The notes beneath the pieces were generated by a model. That model ran no database searches. It was not told the origin of the DNA and saw only the letters and a list, made by a program, of their open reading frames with translations. The translations under genes and the position numbers were made by a program. This document shows, piece by piece, positions 60,060 to 64,000 of a stretch of DNA of 64,000 nt. The DNA lies in contig OZ246958.1 of assembly GCA_965232115.1 (NCBI GenBank), positions 4,806,991 to 4,870,990 on the forward strand, written 5' to 3'. How positions within the stretch are numbered: the stretch's first letter is position 1; every line of letters begins with the position of its first letter. Source of the stretch: Candidatus Poribacteria bacterium (GTDB lineage Bacteria; Poribacteria; WGA-4E; WGA-3G).

Positions 60060-60887
60060 TTAATATGAGGATTTAATCTCACTCCAAGTGGTAGAGAGTT
60101 TACCTTTGGCATCAACATCAAAGCCGTTGGCATTCGTAACCAGAACACTATCAACTCTGCCCATTCCCCAGCTTTCATGCCAGATACCGACGCTGCCAGC
60201 ACTGGTATTATCGGCATTTTTGTATTCAAGGATAGGAGCTCCGAGGTCTTCGGAGGATGCAAACAGGTCATCAACCTCAGCAAGTTCCATGTACCATATC
60301 TTGACATTCTTGCCATCGACCTCAACGCGTCCGAAATAAGGGACAGCGTTGGTTTGGTCGAGCCCGCCGCCTAAGCCGTGTGGCACAGATTCTAATTCCT
60401 TACCGCCGTTCTCACACCCGCACTGGTCGAGACACTGGCCAGACGGACAGCAGCCATCTGCGAGATCCATGAAAAGGACAGATGCGGTTTCATTATATCC
60501 AAAGACAGCAAGGTAGCCTTTATCGTCCCCTTTGCGCCGGAACTGAAGCCCCACACTATCATCATCACCAAACGAGAAGACCATTTGGACGATACCGTCG
60601 GTGAAGTTATCAACGCCGGGCAGTGCTGTGTTACCGGAGATGCCACAGCCTTCAGCGGTTTGCTTCATGGATCCTTTTCCGCCGAGTTTACCGCCTTCAA
60701 AATCATCCGCAGCCCAGATGGTCCCGGCGTTCTCGGCTTTATATTTTTTGATGTCGTTCACACCTGCATCAGGTATAGCGTCCTTAGAGCCCGGCTCAAA
60801 ATCGGCGTAAAACACAACTTGCCCGGTAGCGTGAAGTGAAACAAATAGACTCAAAGTGAGAATTAAAAGAAAAAAACGTGTTTGCAT
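60060..60887 (-). CDS. Secreted protein with conserved Cys motif ADGCCPSGQCLDQC(G/S)CENGG; paralog 1
   Basis: Signal peptide. Near-identical architecture to 61538..62362 and weak resemblance to 13775..14620. Probably a beta-sandwich lectin-like fold. Confidence 0.5.
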   Translation of the reverse strand: MQTRFFLLILTLSLFVSLHATGQVVFYADFEPGSKDAIPDAGVNDIKKYKAENAGTIWAADDFEGGKLGGKGSMKQTAEGCGISGNTALPGVDNFTDGIVQMVFSFGDDDSVGLQFRRKGDDKGYLAVFGYNETASVLFMDLADGCCPSGQCLDQCGCENGGKELESVPHGLGGGLDQTNAVPYFGRVEVDGKNVKIWYMELAEVDDLFASSEDLGAPILEYKNADNTSAGSVGIWHESWGMGRVDSVLVTNANGFDVDAKGKLSTTWSEIKSSY

Positions 60888-61537
60888 AACATATCTCCTT
60901 TAGTTTTTATAAGGGGTTGTGTGCCGTTTATTTATCAACAACAAGCAATTTGATTGCACGAAAAAAAATAAACCTTTTCCGAACAGATTAGTCTAAATAA
61001 GCGGACGCAAATATGAGGAATGCCCTTAGAAAGCCTTTCACGGTATCCGTTGCATGTATAGGGTCGCAGGGGTAAAATCCGCACCCGTTGAAAAATCACA
61101 TGTCAAAGTCAAATAGGTTGACCCTTCGGGGTCACATAGCAGGCTCGGCTGCTATTGTGGAGACGGAATAAGACGGTAGACCTTTGGGAACACCGCACTG
61201 TCTACGAAGCACAAGCCCCAACCTTCAGGTTGTGGGTACCGTTGACGGAATTGATACAATCACAATTCCAATAACTAAGTTGCCAGTTAAGCAGGTACAG
61301 GCATTCGAAGATTTCGCGTACTAAATCTATAGGCAACTCCTTTAGGTATGTGGTATGCTGTAAAGGAGTTCCTATAGATTCAATTCTTACCTTAACCCAA
61401 GTTACCATTTATCCATAGACATAGCACCCTTCTGGAACATAAAGCGATACATTTTCTGTGAAAATGCTGCGCGCAAACCTATAGAACCGGTAAGGTGGCA
61501 ACTTGCGTATGGTATTAGTCTATATTAGGGAAGGAGA

Positions 61538-62362
61538 CTAATAGCTGCTTTTAACGTCGCCCCAGGTTGTGGAAAGTTTGGAATGTGGATCGACCGCTGT
61601 CATGCCGCCGGGTCCCCAAACAGAGACGCTACCGACTCTTCCGTTGCCCCAACTTTCGTGCCAGATGCCGACTGTCCCGGGTCCGGCATCATCTGCGCCG
61701 TCATATTCAGCGATTGGATCGCCAAGATCATCAGAGCTTGCGAAGAGATCGGATACATCATCAAGTTCCATGTACCAGACTTGAATGAGGCTTCCGCTGA
61801 CTTCAACACGCGCAAAATAGGCGACGCTGTTGTCTTGTGTGAGATCGGCCCCTAAGCCATGGTCCACACCGACGAGTTCGTTACCACCGTTTTCGCACGA
61901 GCACTGGTCGAGACACTGTCCAGACGGACAGCACCCATCCGCAAGACTTCCGATAATAATTTGGGGGGTTTCGTTATAACCGAATGCGACGAGATAGCCA
62001 CTGTCTTCACCAACACGACGGAACTGGAATCCGACACCGTCATCATCTTGCCATGAAAAAACGGCTTGGATGATACCGTCGGAGAAGCTATCAACACCCG
62101 GAAGCGGTGTATTCCCAGAAATACCACAGCCTTCAGCACTCTGATGCAAAGCATTTCCGCCATCAGGGAATTCAGCGGACTCGACCCAAACAGTACCAGC
62201 GTTTTCTGGCACCCAATTTGCGGGGTCGTTGACGCTGGCATCAGGGACGGCTGCAGAGGAACTCGCTTCAAAGTCAGCATGGAAAATTAGCTGCGCGCTT
62301 GCGTGGCTAATTAGGACAATTGAAAAAAGCGCGATGAACATCGTGAGGTAGGTTCTTTTCAT
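61538..62362 (-). CDS. Secreted Cys-motif protein; paralog 2
   Basis: Same length and blocks as paralog 1 (HESWG, AEGCGISGNT, YLVAFGYNET). Confidence 0.5.
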   Translation of the reverse strand: MKRTYLTMFIALFSIVLISHASAQLIFHADFEASSSAAVPDASVNDPANWVPENAGTVWVESAEFPDGGNALHQSAEGCGISGNTPLPGVDSFSDGIIQAVFSWQDDDGVGFQFRRVGEDSGYLVAFGYNETPQIIIGSLADGCCPSGQCLDQCSCENGGNELVGVDHGLGADLTQDNSVAYFARVEVSGSLIQVWYMELDDVSDLFASSDDLGDPIAEYDGADDAGPGTVGIWHESWGNGRVGSVSVWGPGGMTAVDPHSKLSTTWGDVKSSY

Positions 62363-62693
62363 TTTCTTACTCCTTTACGGGTTGGTTGCTTAAAAACTTC
62401 AGTAGTGTATGCGCCAAAGCCACTTTTGCGTGCTAAGGGCAACTTTTATTACAAATAGGATAGTTTCTGGCGAAACCATTATCCAAAATTTAGCAAAAAT
62501 GCAAATTTTTGTCAATGAAAAAGATATAAAGGGGTTGTCAGTTGTCAGTTTTTGGTTTTCGGTTACTATAAGATTGGAAAAATGGGCTGTCTATTCAAGG
62601 GAAAACAGTGTTCTGACAAGTGGAAGGAAAGACGGGATAGATGACTGTCACAGGGGTGGCAAATAGAAAGGGGTATCTCTGTCGGTATGGAAA

Positions 62694-63800
62694 CTAAACG
62701 CGTTCTGATTGTTGATAGTCCTTTAACCGATTCTGTAAAGTCCGGACGCTAATCCCCAATACCTTTGCCGTTTTGGTCCGATTTCCGTTCTGCCACGCCA
62801 AAGTGTCGCGGATGAAGGTTTCTTCAACAACCTTGAGGCTTGCACCAAGGGGAATATGGGTGGCTTGTTGGTCTTCAGATATAAGCCCTTCTTGTGGAAC
62901 GTTCGCGGGGGGCTGTCCGAACGCCAAAATTTCTTCAGGCAGATGTCTGGGTAGGATAACCTCTTCGTCGCTCAGAAGCACTGCACTGATTAATGCGTTT
63001 TCCAATTCTCTGACATTTCCTGGCCAGGGATAGGTTTGCAGACGGGCGAGTGTCTCTGGTGCCATTTTACGCACCGGCCGGTTGTAAGTCTTGCAATGTT
63101 GTTTGACAAAGTATTCCGCTAACACGCGAATGTCTTCTCGCCGTTCGCGTAAGGAGGGTAAAGCAACAGAAACAGCCTTCAGGCGATAGTAAAGATCTTT
63201 GCGGAAAGTGCCATTTTCAACCGCTTTTGCAAGGTGACAGTGCGTCGCTGCAACAACGCGAACATTCACTGGAATAGGCTTCGTTCCGCCGAGACGTTCA
63301 ATCTCGTTTGTTTCAATAACTCGTAACAACTTTGCTTGCAGGGCAAGTGGCATATCCCCAATTTCATCAAGGAAAAGTGTGCCGTTGTGCGCCCTTTGAA
63401 ATCTGCCGATATGTTGTGTTTTCGCGTCGGTAAACGCGCCTTTTTCATGTCCAAACAATTCGCTCTCAAGCAGCATATTGGGAATCGCTGCGCAGTTGAG
63501 AGAAATCATCTTATTTCGCGCCCGCTCGCTGTTCTGATGTAAAGCACGTGCTATCAACTCTTTACCCGTCCCTGTTTCACCACAAATCAGTACTTTCGCT
63601 ATTGTATTTGCGATTTTATCAACCTGTTTGAGAACTTTGAGCATCTGTGGACTCCTTCCCACGATGCTCTCGTAATTTCCACGTAAGGCATTCTCCGAAG
63701 GTAAACAAGAAGGAGCAAATTGCGACATTCTGGTTTTTGTGATTGGGTGCGCTCCGTCTACGTGTTGTTGCGATTTATCTCCTTTGGTTCTATGAAGCAT
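62694..63800 (-). CDS. Sigma-54-dependent transcriptional activator (AAA+ plus Fis-type HTH) lacking a receiver or sensor domain
   Basis: Walker A GETGTGKE, GAFTGA-type region (EKGAFTDA), ESELFGHEKGAF, C-terminal HTH_8. Only about 50 aa precede the AAA+ domain, as in PspF-type activators. Confidence 0.8.
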   Translation of the reverse strand: MLHRTKGDKSQQHVDGAHPITKTRMSQFAPSCLPSENALRGNYESIVGRSPQMLKVLKQVDKIANTIAKVLICGETGTGKELIARALHQNSERARNKMISLNCAAIPNMLLESELFGHEKGAFTDAKTQHIGRFQRAHNGTLFLDEIGDMPLALQAKLLRVIETNEIERLGGTKPIPVNVRVVAATHCHLAKAVENGTFRKDLYYRLKAVSVALPSLRERREDIRVLAEYFVKQHCKTYNRPVRKMAPETLARLQTYPWPGNVRELENALISAVLLSDEEVILPRHLPEEILAFGQPPANVPQEGLISEDQQATHIPLGASLKVVEETFIRDTLAWQNGNRTKTAKVLGISVRTLQNRLKDYQQSERV

Positions 63801-64000
63801 TGCCTTTCCTATCTTTTTGAATTGAAATGTAGACGCTATCTTATCTACGTTTTATACAATTTTCTATATCTTGTGGACCTCATAATATGATAACGCGGTT
63901 GATGTAAAGTAAGGTTGCATAAAATGCATTGGACTGGAAAAAAGTGCGCTAACCCATGAAAAATTGTGTTAATTTTCGGTTGGATAATAAATTTCCCAGA

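Noticed and set aside
1-64000. tRNA, rRNA and CRISPR arrays
   Set aside because: No cloverleaf-compatible segment with GTTCGA-type T-arm was seen. No rRNA-like conserved blocks. The direct repeats present are micro-tandem, with units of 6-7 bp or 48 bp, not the 28-37 bp repeat-spacer architecture of CRISPR.

Overview
Window of about 64 kb of bacterial chromosome at roughly 50% GC, dominated by carbohydrate and organic-acid catabolism genes of the kind common in glycan-degrading bacteria (Planctomycetes/Verrucomicrobia/Poribacteria type). It holds four enolase-superfamily dehydratases, three PhyH-family Fe/2OG dioxygenases, a formylglycine sulfatase, a GH13 amylase, a sialate O-acetylesterase, and Ldh_2, Gfo/Idh/MocA, FAH, HpcH aldolase, SDR, Zn-ADH and glycerate kinase genes, plus a TonB-dependent receptor. 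Housekeeping genes sit among them: a fused glyQS, threonine synthase, a RecD2 helicase and archease. Five things stand out. (1) A 320-360 bp imperfect inverted duplication (403-765 and 55700-56018) carries a perfect consensus sigma70 promoter, a conserved transcribed region of about 250 nt, and a 26-bp GTTACAC palindrome followed by a T-run. I read this as a duplicated small RNA or regulatory cassette. (2) Two tandem lipoprotein paralogs are built from Met/Asp/His-rich DDGMM-type repeats, and one carries a CXXCH heme motif; I read them as candidate periplasmic metal (Cu) binding proteins of a kind I do not recognise. (3) A small palindromic repeat family (GGTGCGGTTTCTAACCGCACC) occurs after stop codons and twice in-frame inside the glyQS inter-domain linker. 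(4) A low-GC islet carries an HNH-type restriction enzyme, a beta-class methyltransferase and an XhlA-like gene. (5) An uncharacterised operon encodes a DmfA2-like protein, a B12-radical-SAM enzyme, DUF169 and an SDR. CTGACTG/CCAATAG-type short tandem repeats recur in many 5' regions. No rRNA, tRNA, CRISPR array or transposase was recognised.
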